Shown here: piece by piece, positions 31,030 through 43,895 of the stretch | Numbering within the stretch: the stretch's first letter is position 1 | Layout of the letters: every line of letters begins with the position of its first letter | Source: the human T2T-CHM13v2.0 reference genome, Homo sapiens | Assembly (NCBI RefSeq): GCF_009914755.1 | Contig: NC_060931.1 | DNA: 64,000 nucleotides | Direction: 5' to 3' (one strand) | Made by a program: the position numbers and the translations under genes | Notes under the pieces: generated by a model | Database searches by the model: none | What the model saw: the letters and a program-made list of their open reading frames with translations, nothing else | What the model was told of the DNA's origin: nothing

Positions 31030-31199
31030 TTTGACATTATTTTTATAAGGGAGGTTTTAAAAATATTTTAAAGTTAACTGTTGATATTACATAGAACAAT
31101 GTAATAATTGTATCCATTTTAATAGCTTCCAAAATCATGAGGAAGAATAATTTTATGGTTATATTTAATGACATTAACTCAAGAAAAATGATAAAGGGC

Positions 31200-31451
31200 T
31201 TTTCTTGTATTTTCGCTATACGCCAAGCACTGTGGTGAGCACTTTCTATAAATGATTAACCCCTTTAGTCTCACAACTATCCTGTGAGGTTGATGTTTTC
31301 TGTAACAACTAACTTTACAGTTGAGAAAGTAAGCACAGAGAGGTTGGCTCATTTGCGCACAGCTAAAGAGCATTCCATGGCAGAGGCAGGAGGTGAAATC
31401 AAGCACTCTGGGTCTGGAATCTATGACCTTTACAACTAGGCTGGATTGCCT
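31200..31451 (-). mobile_element. Near full-length MIR
   Basis: 'gccaagcactgtggtgagcacttt..tctcacaactatcctgtgagg..tttacagttgagaaagtaagcacagagagg'. Confidence 0.85.
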
Positions 31452-33574
31452 TGGGGAGGAGAGTGTACGGATTAATAAATAAACACTTTCCTGAAGAGCC
31501 ATCCAAACACACGGATGGACTTTTTGTATTAGACTCAGATGCATTCATTGTGTTTTGTTTTGAGTGAGTGCTGCAAAGTGCTTCTTGCATCAGTCTAAAA
31601 TCATTTATATTTTTGTGATTTATTTTTGAACTTCTACACTATCATGGATTCTCAAGTGTTACCATCTAACACTAAAATCATCTAAACAAGGGCCTCGCAG
31701 CAGCTTTTGGAGTGGCCAGCAGGGAGTTCCTGTGATTCATGTGCATGGTCGACTCGAAGCCATTGTGCCCATTGTAGTGGAAAGAGAGGAGGGTGGTGTG
31801 GCCACAGGGGGCCCTGCACGCCTCTTCTTTCAGTCATCTCTTTCCTGGCAAGCAATTACTGTTTCACTGAAAATCTATTTGCTTCAGCTGATCTCTCCTA
31901 AATGAAATCTAACCAACAATCAACTAGCATTTTCAGAGTGCCCGCTGTGCATAGAGCATGCTTGGAAAGCATTTTTTAAAGGAAATATTAACATTTGAAA
32001 TATTAAGACCATGATATATTTGTAGAAGATGTAGACTCCTTCACCCTCAAAATTAGCAATATAAAGTTCTTTAGGAAATCTGCCAGACTTACTTTTATGT
32101 CTTTTATTAATGGCCTTTAGCAAAACTTCTTTGTGGTTTGTTTAGAATTCTCTATCTGCATTTCAGAGCTTGTTTCTGTCAGTAGAACACATTCTCTGTT
32201 AACTTTGATTTTTATTTATTTGCATGTTTGTCTTGCTGTCTAATAAAAGGTATGCATTTTGTAATTGTGAATTTTTGCAGTATAGGAGGTAGAGAGTGAT
32301 TTCGAATGCAGTTGCAATAATCAAATAAATCAATATTTTGCAAAAGGGTAATTTAGTGGAAAATAGGGTTTGCTGTTCTTGATTTGTACTAAAATGCCTT
32401 CTGGCCACATCACACCCGAGAATGGCCCAAGATAGCAGAAAATACCAGATGACGAGATTCCTGCTTATTCATGCTTGCATCCTTTCTGCAATGGAGATCC
32501 CTGGCTCTGGTTTGGTCTGAGCCACATAAACCTAAGCTCTGAAGTGCTAGAAAGCCATGGAAAGCTATGCTCATGCTTGCCAAGGAATCTGTCTGAAGAA
32601 TACTTGAAAAATTTGGATTTTTCAAGTCCAGTTTTCAATGTGCCATCATCACTCTCTAAATTTAATTCTTTAGATGTGCTGAAATGTAAAAGCTCAACTA
32701 AAATTTTATTGTTTTGCCTGTTTAATAAAGCAATTTGAACAATACCAGAAGAAAATGAAAGCACAATTATATGCTTTTTCTAAATTCAGAGCTAGTCCAA
32801 TGTGCTATTTTTATATGTATTGTTAGCTCAGAGCTTAGATAAAATTTAGTATTCAAATATAATCTCCTAAACACAAAAAGCAGCCAACTGAACACGAGAA
32901 GTCCATATCTATGGCTCACAAAAAGGATTTGGATTAGAATAATAGAAAAAGGTGGAGAGTGGGAATTATTTTTTAAGGCAAATTCCATTAAATTTTATAC
33001 TAGAAGTAAAAGTTTAATATGTGAAAAATAATAAGAGTTATGAACAAGTACTTAACAGGAAAGTAATTCTTTCATCAGCTTTAAAATAAATAAGCACTTT
33101 CTTTTCCTCAATCTCTTTATCCTCATTGTTCAGAAACCCTTTCTTGTCATAATCATCCTTTAAATTACAGAAAATAAAAATCAATCATCGTTTCTTCTTA
33201 CTTTCTTATAAAAATACCACTATATAGCTGTTTTTTTTTTTACAATTACCCATAAAATGATGAAAGGAGAATTTTTAAACTACAAATTGTTACAAAGTTT
33301 AGAGACAATAACAAATACCCATTAAAGGTTGTTATACTTTAGATCAAGTTAAATTATCAATCCAAATTAGCCCAAACCATGTCCTCTGAAAATGAAACTT
33401 GTATTTTAGATTTGGATATCAAATGAGAATAAGAATAATCTGCTTATAATACTCCACATAAGGAATGTTTTAGTAACATTTTTGATATGAAAAAATATAT
33501 AATTGCTCAGTGTCTAGATAAAAACATGTATATTGGTACAAAAACTTACAATTGGAAAAGCATGTGTATATGTA

Positions 33575-33720
33575 TTACACATATCCCTGTGAAAGTGGTG
33601 GTAAAAATATTATTACTTTGTTTTACATTTCAAGTTCCTGGGACTCAGAGAAAATAAATGACTGCCCAAAGTCTTCTAATAACAAGGTAGGATTCTCTCA
33701 TGTCTCCAAACTCTAAAAAT
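33575..33720 (-). mobile_element. MIR fragment
   Basis: 'tattattactttgttttaca..gactcagagaaaataaatgactgcccaaagtc'. Confidence 0.55.
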
Positions 33721-34294
33721 GCTTTTGTGCGCTTTTTTTTAAATCAACTCTTACACTTGAATAATAAAATCTCAGAATACTATAGTTTTTCAAATAAACA
33801 TGGGTTTTGCTGAATTATAAAAATTATTTCATTTTTTATTAACTTCAATTGAAAAATAGTTCTCATATTTTCACACGGTCATTTCATCTATCTTCTATGT
33901 CAATTATAAAGTTCACTTGTAGGTAATTGCCTAAAAATATTCCTTTGGGGAAAATGCCTACTTATACATAGATTATTAAGTATAGTCATTGTCTATGTAA
34001 AAATGGTTAACATATCGTAATAATAAATATGCAAAAAGTATGGTGTGCCAATTATTAGATGACAGCTGATACTTTTTATCTGATTTATCCTGATACAGAT
34101 GAGATGATGAGTCATGAAATTAATATTCCAAGAAAGCTCCCCAGTAATGGACTTTAAAATACTCCTCATTCTCATCTTCAAATTTAAAAGCAGCCTAATT
34201 CAAACAGCTTCTACTTTGCTACCATGAGGCAGACACAGTGTAATTTCTTTTACTTTACAAATGTGATTTTTAATTTTAACAATATTTTTTTCGA

Positions 34295-34430
34295 ATAGGT
34301 ATTACTATCCTGTTAAACAGAAGAGAAAGCTGAGACTTACACCAAAACATTAGCCTCAAATCTCATGACTAGACATGGTGCAGCTAGAATTCAGATTTAG
34401 GGTTTGCTCATCCAGAAATCATGCTCTGTC
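34295..34430 (-). mobile_element. MIR fragment
   Basis: 'taggtattactatcctgttaaacagaagagaaagctgagac..gcagctagaattcagatttagg'. Confidence 0.6.
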
Positions 34431-34849
34431 TAATGAGTTAGAAGATGGAAGTTCATAGAATTGGATTATCAGGAGTTTTATATGATCCAAAGCAAATCAT
34501 GGAGGTTTTTTTAATACTGTCATTTAAAATATTCAAAATGACAAACAAACCAAAGAAGAATTATATTTTATCTTAATATAAAGATTAAGATAAAATGTGT
34601 GAATGTATGTAGGTATATATCGATCTATGTATATTTCTATACACTAATAAAGTTACTGAAGAAGAATGCTGAACTTTTTTAAATTTTTAAACCCTAAGCT
34701 ATTCAAAGATTTAACAATTCAGGGAGATATATGTCTTCTATGTTTACAGAGACTTACATTTAGAGATAAGAGACCTGCAATGAAATAATTTTTCTTCTAT
34801 AGAAACCCCTGCCTATAATCCAGTGTGTATAATATGAAAAAATAATAAA

Positions 34850-35310
34850 GTATGGGTCTGAATTATGATTTCATTGTTTATTACTCATGCGAACTTTGGT
34901 AAATTTTTTTTTTTTTTTTTGAGACAGGGTCTCTTGCTCTGTCACCCAGGCTGGAGTGCAGTGGGACAATCACTGCAACCTCTGCCTCCCAGGCTCAAGT
35001 GATCCTCTCAGCTCAGCCTCCCTAGTAGCTGATGACCTAGTACAGGCACATGCCACCACACCCAGCTAATTTTTGTATTTTTTGTAGAGACAGGTTCTCA
35101 CCATGTTTCCAAGGCTGGTCTCAAACTCCTGAGCTCAAGGGATCTGCTGGCCTCGGCCTCCGAAAGTGCTGGGATTACAGGTATGAGCCACCACACTCAG
35201 TCAGTAAATCTCTTTAGAAATTACTGTTCATTAGTTTTTTCATCTGTAAGACAAGGGAAATAGTATGCGCTTCATAAGCTACGGTGAGACTTAAGTGAGA
35301 TTGTATATTT
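34850..35310 (+). mobile_element. MIR split by an Alu
   Basis: MIR 5' part before 34904; core 'ttttttcatctgtaagacaaggg..ggtgagacttaagtgagat' after 35202. Confidence 0.6.
34904..35202 (-). mobile_element. AluJb-like
   Basis: J-type 'gagacagggtctc', 'ggctcaagtgatcctc' and 'tcctgagctcaag'; poly(T) tail. Confidence 0.93.
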
Positions 35311-35639
35311 CAGTTTTCTCCCGTAATTGCTTCTCGATATTTAAAAATTTTCTTATCTCTAGAAAAGATGGTTTTTTGGAAAATAATTTTATAATGGTGA
35401 ATATGATTTAATAATTTCTAAAAAGTTCCATGTTAACTAGTCATGGGTTTTCATAATAGTCAAAATAATTTTTATCATGCTTTGGTATCAAGCCCAAAAT
35501 CTGTGTTGTTAAACACAATGTTTTTTTTTTTTTAATTTGTGATTGTTGGAGGTTGGCAAGAGACTGGGAAGGGAGACTCCACCACGCAGGCCACAGTGTG
35601 CCCACCTTGTAGCTCCACCTCCCGAAACATGAGGTTTTC

Positions 35640-35850
35640 TAAGATATGGAGCCCAGGAAAGAGACAGAGCACTAGGTCTTACACCGGCAATTAACTCCTC
35701 AGCCTAGAAGTGACATGCCATTTCTTCTTATAGAGTATTGGCCAGAATTAGTCACAAGGTCCTACCTATCCACAGAAGGGTGGGGAAATGGAGTTTTCCA
35801 TTCATCTAAAAGGAGAGAAGAACCACATATGAGTGACCTTCAAAGATACC
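35640..35850 (-). mobile_element. Old MaLR LTR fragment (MLT1K/L/N-like)
   Basis: 'gcctagaagtgacatgccatttc..attggccagaattagtcacaaggtcc'. Confidence 0.6.
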
Positions 35851-36626
35851 TTATACAAGTGTGACAAACTCTGGAGGGATTTCTGGTGGCCCTGCCTTTA
35901 AATATCATTTGCTTTTGAGAAATGAATTCATTTTTCTCAAAGAAATTCACATATGCAGATCTTGTGGGCTCACCAATATTACTCTTTTTTTATTCTAATA
36001 CATATCTGGAATACCATAATTCTTAATAAGGATTTGGTAGCCCCAAAATGGAGACATTCTCTGATAAAATAGAATTGGCACTGCTTGGGCCATTTTCTTT
36101 GCTTGCAAAATCATCCTTGAATATTTTAAGATATCTTATAAAGAAAGAAACAAAGCAAACAAAAAACAAAAGTAAACAAACAACAAAACTTCTCCCTTTA
36201 CCTGTTTGTTTTACATGTAGAAATTGTAAATGTAGAAATTGTTCTCCTGTGCATAAAATTACATAAGTATTTATGCTGATTATCTGTTTATAGTTATACC
36301 GTTTTATCTTTCAGACATTTCCTATGTTGTGAGCTACAGTTACTTCTGAGACTCCAAGTCTTTGCTTTGTTTATGCTGTTTTCTCAGGTCCCAGTGCCTT
36401 CTGCATCTCACACTGGATTGCAAACTCTCATCCTTAAAGACTCAAATTCTAGTTTCAGGACGACTCTTCCCGTCCCTCACACCATTAAGCCCTTCTTCTC
36501 TTAGAGGACTTAGAATATGCGTAAATCCACCTACTTAACTCTAAAGATGATTAGAGAGACTGTGAATGTCAGGTTCCCAATCAGAAATTTCACTGGAAAT
36601 AGTGTCTAACTCAAATTTCATTTGCT

Positions 36627-37620
36627 TCTCAATAACAAGAAGACAAATAACCCAATTAAAAATTGGACAAACTCCCTGATAGACATTTCTCAGAAGAAAT
36701 ACAAATGACCAAGTATATTTTAAAAAATGCTCAGCATCACTAATCAGTAGGTAAATGCAAAATAAAACCACAATGAGATATCACCTCACACCAATTAGAA
36801 TAGCTATCATGAAAATGATGAACAATAACAAGTGTTGGTGAGGATGTAGAGATAATAACTCTTGTGTACATTGTTGATGAGAATGCCAATTAGTATAGCC
36901 GTTGTGGAAAACAGTACATAGGTTTCCCCAAAAATTAAAAATAGAACTACCATATGATTCAGTAATCTTACTTCTGGTTATAGATCCAAAGGAAATGCAA
37001 TCAATATGTTGAAGAGATTTCTGCACTCCCATGTTCATTGCAGTGTTATTCACAATAGCCAAGTTATGGAATCAACCTAAGTGTCCAAGGGATGAATGGA
37101 TAAAGAAAATGCGGTACATATACACAATGGAATACTACTCTCATTTTTAAAAGAAGGAAATCTTGTCATTTGCACAATATGGATGAACCTGGAGGACAAT
37201 GTGTTAAGTGAAATAATCCAGGCACAGAAAGACACATACTGCCTGGTCTTACTTATATATGGAATCTAAACAAGTTGAACTGATAGAAGCAGATAGTAGA
37301 ATGATGGTTACCAGAAGTTTGGGGGGAAGGGAGTAAAGGAATGAAGAGTTGTTGATCAGGGAGGGGATACCAGTTTCAGATAAACAAGAGGAATAGGGTT
37401 TGAGATCTCTTGCAGAGCGGGGTAACTATATTAAATAATAAAGTATTGTATATTTCAAAATAACTAAAAGTAAATTTCAAATGCCTCATCATAAAAAGTC
37501 ATGAGTGAGGTGAGGCATATGTTAATTAACTTGATTTAATTATTTTACATGGTATGAGTATGTCAAAATATTACATTTTACCTAATAAATGTATGCAGTT
37601 ATCTTTTGTCAATAAAAAAT
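36627..37620 (+). mobile_element. 5'-truncated L1MA (6-8-like) 3' end
   Basis: ORF2 C-terminal remnant followed by an L1MA 3'UTR ending 'gtcaataaaaaat'. Confidence 0.92.
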
Positions 37621-38388
37621 TAATAATTATTAACAATTATTTGCTCTAAGTCTTAATAACAACTCTTTACATGCTGTGTGCTCATTTTTACTGAATTGCT
37701 ATTATCAGATTTTTAAATATTTCCCCATATTGGAAAAAGAAATATCCATCTGGACATTTCTGTACTTTCTACACATCAAACATAATCCAATTTTCTTTTA
37801 AAGTAATTCTTTATTTGCATTTTCATGGATGTAAAAAAAAAAAAGTACACTTTATGGCCATGAGACTGTGTTCCATAACTAAATATTGCCTCACTAGAAG
37901 TATATTGTTTAAGACAATCATTTTACTTGGTATTCTATAAATGGGACTATTAACTCATCACTAATCTTGGCTAATGCATATTTTACTTAATATAGTGAGC
38001 ACTTGTATATTAAGATTTGGGATATTTTCAAGTTCCAATAAAGAAGGTAGATATCAAATTGCTACATTATTACAAGCGAGTGTAGACCACTCTCAGAAAG
38101 TTTCTTTTCTGCTTGTAAATGCATTCAATTATGTGGTTTTTCTCAATTCTATTACGTTGGAAAAAATTAATTTAATTATTTCTAATTATACAAAACAGTG
38201 AAATTTCAACCTGTCCTTGAAATGTTTCCTTATAAACCCATGGAAGCTCCCTGCAATCATGACCCAACAGAGAAATACTCTGTGAATAATGGCTATTTTA
38301 TAATAAGTTATTTTCTTTAAACTTTTATTTCTTAAAAATATTTTTCTCTTCTAATCAAGTTTTTAAAATATCATAATAAACTTTGAGT

Positions 38389-38735
38389 ATGTAGGGGCAA
38401 AATAACCCATCTTAAATTTCTCCATCTCCCTGTACATTAGGCTGACCAAAGACAGATTAATAAGAGCAAAAACTACTAACCTGTGCATCATTCATGTAAC
38501 ACACAGAAGAACTCAGAGGTGAATGACTCACGAGGTAATTAGATCTTGAGCTTAAATACCACCAAAAGAAAAGGGATTTTGTGTTTCTGGGCAAGTGAAG
38601 CAAGTTATGGGATGGTAACCAGAAACAGTATGGTAAACAAGTGTTTGGTATGTGGTAAGGTTTTGTATGTAGATTTAAGTCAGTGCCTTCTCCATTGAAA
38701 ATAGTTCATTATTTAATCTTTCTTCTTAAGACAAG
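38389..38735 (-). mobile_element. Truncated ERV1 MER4-group LTR (MER67-like)
   Basis: Starts 'tgtagggg'; contains 'aaagacagattaataagag'; similar to the LTR at 42177-42712. Confidence 0.55.
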
Positions 38736-41527
38736 AGTAGTTTACACACTACTATTACAGTGTTACACTATTCTGTGTTTTCCTGTGTGCTATTACCAGT
38801 GAGATTTGAACCTTCAGATGATCTCTTCTTGCTCATTAACATCCTTTACTTCCAGATTGAAGGACTCCCTTTAACATTTCTTGTAGGACAGGTCTAGTGT
38901 CAATGAAATCCCTCAGCTTTTGTTCATCTGGGAAGGTCTTTATTTCTTCTTCATGCTTAAAGAGTATTTTCACTGGATATACTATTCTAGGTTAAAAGTT
39001 TTTTTTTTTTTTCCTTCAGCACTTTAAATATGTCACACTACTGTCTCCTGGATTGTAAGGTTTCCGCTGAAAAGTCTGCTGTCAGACATATTGGAGATCC
39101 ATTGTATGTTATTTGTTTCTTCTCTTTTGCTGATTTTAGGATCCTTTCTTTATCTTGACTTTTGGGAATTTGATTATTAAATGCATTGAGGTAGACTTCT
39201 TTAGGTTAACTTTGCTTGGTGTGCTATAACCTTCTTGTACTTGAATGTTGGTATCTTTCCCTAGGTTTGGGACGTTATCTGGTATTATCCATTTGAACAA
39301 ACTTATACTTCTACCTCTTTCTCTACCTCCTCTTTAAAGCCAATAACTCTTTTGAGGGTATTTTCTAGATCTTGTAGGCATGCATCATTGTTTTTATTCT
39401 TTTTTCTTTTGTCTCCTCTATCTATTTTTAAACAGCCTGTCTTCAAGCTCACTAATTCTTCCTTCTGCTTTATCAATTCTGATATTAAGAGATTCTGATG
39501 CATTCTTCAGCATGTCAATTGCGTTTTTCAACTCTAAAATTTCTTCTCGATTCTTTTTCATTATTTCAATCTCTTTGTTACTTATCTGACATAATTCTGA
39601 ATTCCTTTTTGGTATTATCTTGGATTTCTTTGAGCTTCTTCAAAATAGCTATTTCTCTGTCTGAAAGATCACATATCTCTGTTTCTTCAGGATTGCTCTC
39701 TGGTGCCTTATTTAGTTTATTTGGTGAAGTCATGTTTTCCTGGATGGTGTTGATGCTTGTAGATGTTCTTTGGTGTCTGAGCATTGAAGACGTAGGTATT
39801 TTTTGCATTTTTTACGGTCTGGATGTGTTAGTCCCTGTCCTTTTTGGGAAGGTTTTCCAGATATTGAAGGGACTTGGGCCCCAAGCCTTATAACACTGTG
39901 GTTTTATTGGTACCACCTTGATGATCTTGGATAAGATCCAGAAGAATTCTCTGGATTACCAGGGAAAGACTCCTGTTCTTTCCCCTTACTTTTTCCCAAA
40001 CAGAGTATCTCTCTGTTCTGAGCCACCTGGCACTGGGGGTGTGGTGATGCAAGCACCCCTGTGGTGGCAAGCACCCCAAGAGAGGGTTCTTGGATCTCAG
40101 GAAAGAAAGAATTCAGGCAAAGCCCATAGAGTAAAGTGAAAGCAAGTTTATTAAGAAAGTAAAGGAATAAATAATGGCTACTCCATAGGTAAAGCAGCCA
40201 AGGGTGGCTGGTTGCCCATATTTATGGTTATTTCTTGATTATATACTAAGCAAGGATTATTCATGAGTTTTCTGGGATAAGGGTGGGCAATTCCCAGAAC
40301 TGAGGGTTCCTTCCCTTTTTAGACCATATAGGGTAACTTCCTGACATTACCAAGGCATCTGTAAACTGTCGTGGCACTGGTGGGGGTGTCTTTTAGCATG
40401 CTAATACATTTTAACTAGTGTATGATGAGAGTGAGGATGATCAGAGGTCACTCTTATCACTATCTTGGTGTTGGTGGGCTTTAACCAGCTTCGTTACTGC
40501 AAACTATTTTTATCAACAAGGTCATAAAGACCTTTATCTTGTGCCAACCTCCTGTCTCATCCTGTGACTTAGAATGTCTAACCTCCTGGGAATGCAGCCC
40601 AGTAGGTCTCAGACTTATTTTACCCAGTCCCTATTGAAGATGGAGTTGTCCCAGTTCAAATGTCTCCATTACTAGGACTGGGCCCTTTCCTTCAGTGAAG
40701 CAGGGTGTGCCTAGAAACATTGTTCAGGAGGTAGGGCCTACAATGGGCCCTCCTGACTGCCTAATGCCTTATCTTACCGTGGATCAGCTGGTTTCAAAGA
40801 TGCAAAACGAAGTCCTCTTTACTCTTCTATCTCCTCTCCTTAAGCAGAAGGAAGGAGCCCCTTTTGTTGCTGTAAGCTGCACCGCATGGGGTTGGGGAAA
40901 GGGTGGCACAGGCATTCCCTTATCTGCTCCATTTGATGTCTCCCTAGGTTACATGCCACCCTAGTCTCCTGACTTTAAGCCCGGTCCAGCATTAGCAGTT
41001 GCCTAGGAATTATAGTCCTTGTGTCCTAGATTTCCTTTCAAGTTTGCTAGGGACCCGAGAGCACTTTACCCTGCAGTGGTGAGGTTTGCTGAGAAACTCA
41101 AGTTCTAACTGCTGGGATGGGTGATTCCCCTGTGGCTGGGACTGGTCCAAATGCTCTCTTGATGCACGGGCACTGGCTGAGCCCAGCACAGCTTATTTTC
41201 TGCTATGACAAGGGAGCACCATGTGCAAGATAAAGTCCCCCAGTCACTGCATTCTTCCTCCCCAAAGTGCACAGATTCTGCCTCTATGCTGCGAGGCTCT
41301 TGCCAGAGGTTGGGGCAGAAGTGGTGTCGACGATTCAAGACTGTCTCTCCTGTAGTCCTCAATGGTTGTTTCAGTGATATGAAGTTAAAACCAGATACTA
41401 TATTTGCTCACCTGATATTTGGTTCTTGTGATGGTGCTTTTCTGTGTGCAGATAGTTGTTAAAATTTGGTGTTTTAGTTGAGGGGATGATTGTTGTAGGC
41501 TTCTATTCTGCCATCGTGCTTTGCCCC
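38736..41527 (-). mobile_element. L1M1/L1MA1-3-type 5' portion (5'UTR, ORF1, inter-ORF spacer); ORF2 absent
   Basis: ORF1 N-terminal remnant at 39578-39808 (IQENMTSPNKLNKAP..EICDLSDRE); 5' terminus 'ttctattctgccatc'. Confidence 0.88.
40073..40668 (-). mobile_element. MER51A/B ERV1 LTR nested in the L1 5'UTR
   Basis: 'accccaagagagggttcttggatctc..gaaagcaagtttattaagaaagtaaaggaat..ggctactccata' matches MER51. Confidence 0.85.
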
Positions 41528-41549
41528 CAAAAGTCTGTGAGGCATACTA

Positions 41550-43030
41550 GTTTTTCACTTTATTCTCTCTCTTTCTCTTTTGTCTTTGTCTGGTTTTACT
41601 AATGGGGTAGTATCAGCTCCATGAAATGTATTAAGAAGTTTTTATTTCTCTTCTTTTTGGTGGGGGTGTGGGTGTGGGTAGGGAAGAGATTGTGTAATAT
41701 TGATGATAATTTGTCAGTTATTCTTTAAATATTTGGTAAGATTCTCCAGTGATAACATCTAGTTCTAGTTCTAGATAATTCATTTTTGAGAGCTTTTAAA
41801 TTATCAATTCAAATATTTTAATGGTTATAGGACTATCCAGATTGTCTGTTTCATCTTGGTTGAATTTTGGTAGTTTTTGGTTTCTGAGGAATGGGTATAA
41901 TTCTTAAGTTGTCAAATTTATGACAATACAATAGCTTATAGCATCTCCTTATCCTTTTAATGTCTGCAGGATCTATAGTGATATCTTTTGTTTCATTCCT
42001 GGTATTTTTGCTCATTTGTGTCTTCACTCTTTTTTTGTTAATCTTGTTCAATTTTAATAAGTTTTTTGAAGAAAAGACTTTTTGTTTTATTGATTTTCTT
42101 TATTGTGTTTCTCTTTCCAATTTTACTTGTTTCTGCTATTATGATTATAATTTTCTTCCTTATTCTTGCTTTGCATTGTTGGGGAGGTAAAGTAAGTTGA
42201 TGCTTTATAGTTCTTAGTTGGAACAGACCCTTGTAATAAAATACAGATTAACCAGAGAAAAACAAAGAGAAGTTTATTAACATGTGTGCCTGATGTATAC
42301 ATGAGTGATGCTAAAAGAAATGAGGTTTTGACTTCAGGCTCAGATACCCTCATGTGCTGAATGACCCTAGGAAAGAAACCTGTGGGGAAGGGCTGGATTT
42401 GGGGAGATGGTGCTTTAAACAAGGGTAAGGCCTGTTATGCTGATTCAGTTGGTGCCTTGTCTAGTGATTTAGTCATCCTTCTTTTTCTGCAGAGAAGGAG
42501 ACAACCTTACAAATAGAGATTTCCTTTATAGATGTAAATTTCACTTACAAAAGGTTATCTTCTACTCTGTTTTCATAGATTCTTCCAAGAGTCTGCATTT
42601 TCTCAAAATAAACTACTCAAAATAATTCCTATGCCAATAAGCATATTTAAGAAGGGGCATATTCTGGCCTCCTACATTTATATTCTGGGGTAGCATGTCC
42701 TGAACCCCATTGGCAGTTATTTTTGTCTTCTTTTTCTAGTTTCTTGAGCTAAGAACTTAGATTATAAGTATTTTGTGCTGTTCATTGCCTTCTCTGCACT
42801 GCTTAGACACATCCCACATTTTTCATATTTTTTATTTTATTCCATTCAGTTTTATGTGCTTTTTATTTCTTTTGGGATTTTCTCTTTGACTGATGGATTA
42901 TTTAAAAGTACATTTCTTGATTTCCAAGTACTTGAAGACTTTCCTATTGTACTTATGTAATTTTCTAATTTGATTTCAATATAGTTAGATAACATACTCT
43001 GTATGATTTTTGCTTATTTAACACTTTAAA
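41550..43030 (-). mobile_element. Old L1M ORF2 fragment interrupted by an LTR
   Basis: Remnant at 41851-42051 (RNETKDITIDPADIKRI..LYCHKFDNL). Confidence 0.8.
42177..42712 (-). mobile_element. MER67-like ERV1 solo LTR
   Basis: TG start; reverse poly(A) signal 'tttatt'; end 'caaaataattcctatgcca..gcatatt..ggggtagcatgtcctgaacccc'. Confidence 0.75.
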
Positions 43031-43069
43031 ATTTAAACAGTTCACCAAAATATTTGTTAATATTCTATA

Positions 43070-43308
43070 GGCCAAATCTTTTACAATGGTGTGCCAGTAA
43101 ACCCACCTGACATTTGCTCTGAGGGAGACATTATTTTTATTATATTGGCCAATATACTACTTACCCTCTGGGGAAGACATTACCTCAAACTTTAAAAGCT
43201 GTTTGCTCTGCAAACATTCTTGATAAGGTAGTCTATAGCAAAACCTGTAACTGTCGGCTCACAAAATGTACAGAAACTGAGAGACCCATAGAAAATTGTC
43301 TCCCAACA
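43070..43308 (-). mobile_element. LTR40-like (ERVL) LTR 5' fragment
   Basis: Ends 'cagaaactgagagacccatagaaaattgtctcccaaca', the reverse complement of TGTTGGGAGACAATT.TC.ATGGGTCTCTC. Confidence 0.7.
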
Positions 43309-43309
43309 C

Positions 43310-43895
43310 AACCATTTGCTAAAATCTTATTCCAAATTCTATTTTGAATTTAGATAAAATTCCAACAAAATAAAATTTATTTTACAATAACTTCCATCTT
43401 TCTTTATAACCCTGAGTTCCAATCCTATTCATTCAAGTTTTCCTCTATGCTTTAATGAAAATTGCGCAATTTTACTAATACAATATCTTCAAATTTCTTG
43501 TTAAATATGTACATATTATCTCTTATTGTTAATACGATTTCTCCTGCTTCCATGTTTTTAATTGGTTATTACTGATACAAATAAATTTAAATAATTTAAT
43601 TATTTATTATTCCCTTCAACACTAGCCATTACTCTCTTATTTCCACTGGATATTTGTTTTAAAATTGTTCAGTTAATTATCAATTGTTTCTCATTACTAT
43701 CATAATAAGAAAGTAGGGATAATGCTGTTTCTTCATTGCTAAAATATAGATTATTTATATTGGTTTACTAATTACAGTGTTGAGATCAAAAGCAATTAAT
43801 GCCATAGTGGGAATCTCAGTCTTTTCCTAATGGTAGTGGGAATAAATTTTATGTTCCCACATAAATGTGATGGTGGCTGTATATTTCAGATGAAT
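43310..43895 (-). mobile_element. Degraded L1ME-like ORF2 RT fragment
   Basis: T-rich sequence with 'atagtgggaatctcagtcttttcctaat..atgtgatggtggctgta', resembling the reverse RT region. Confidence 0.5.
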
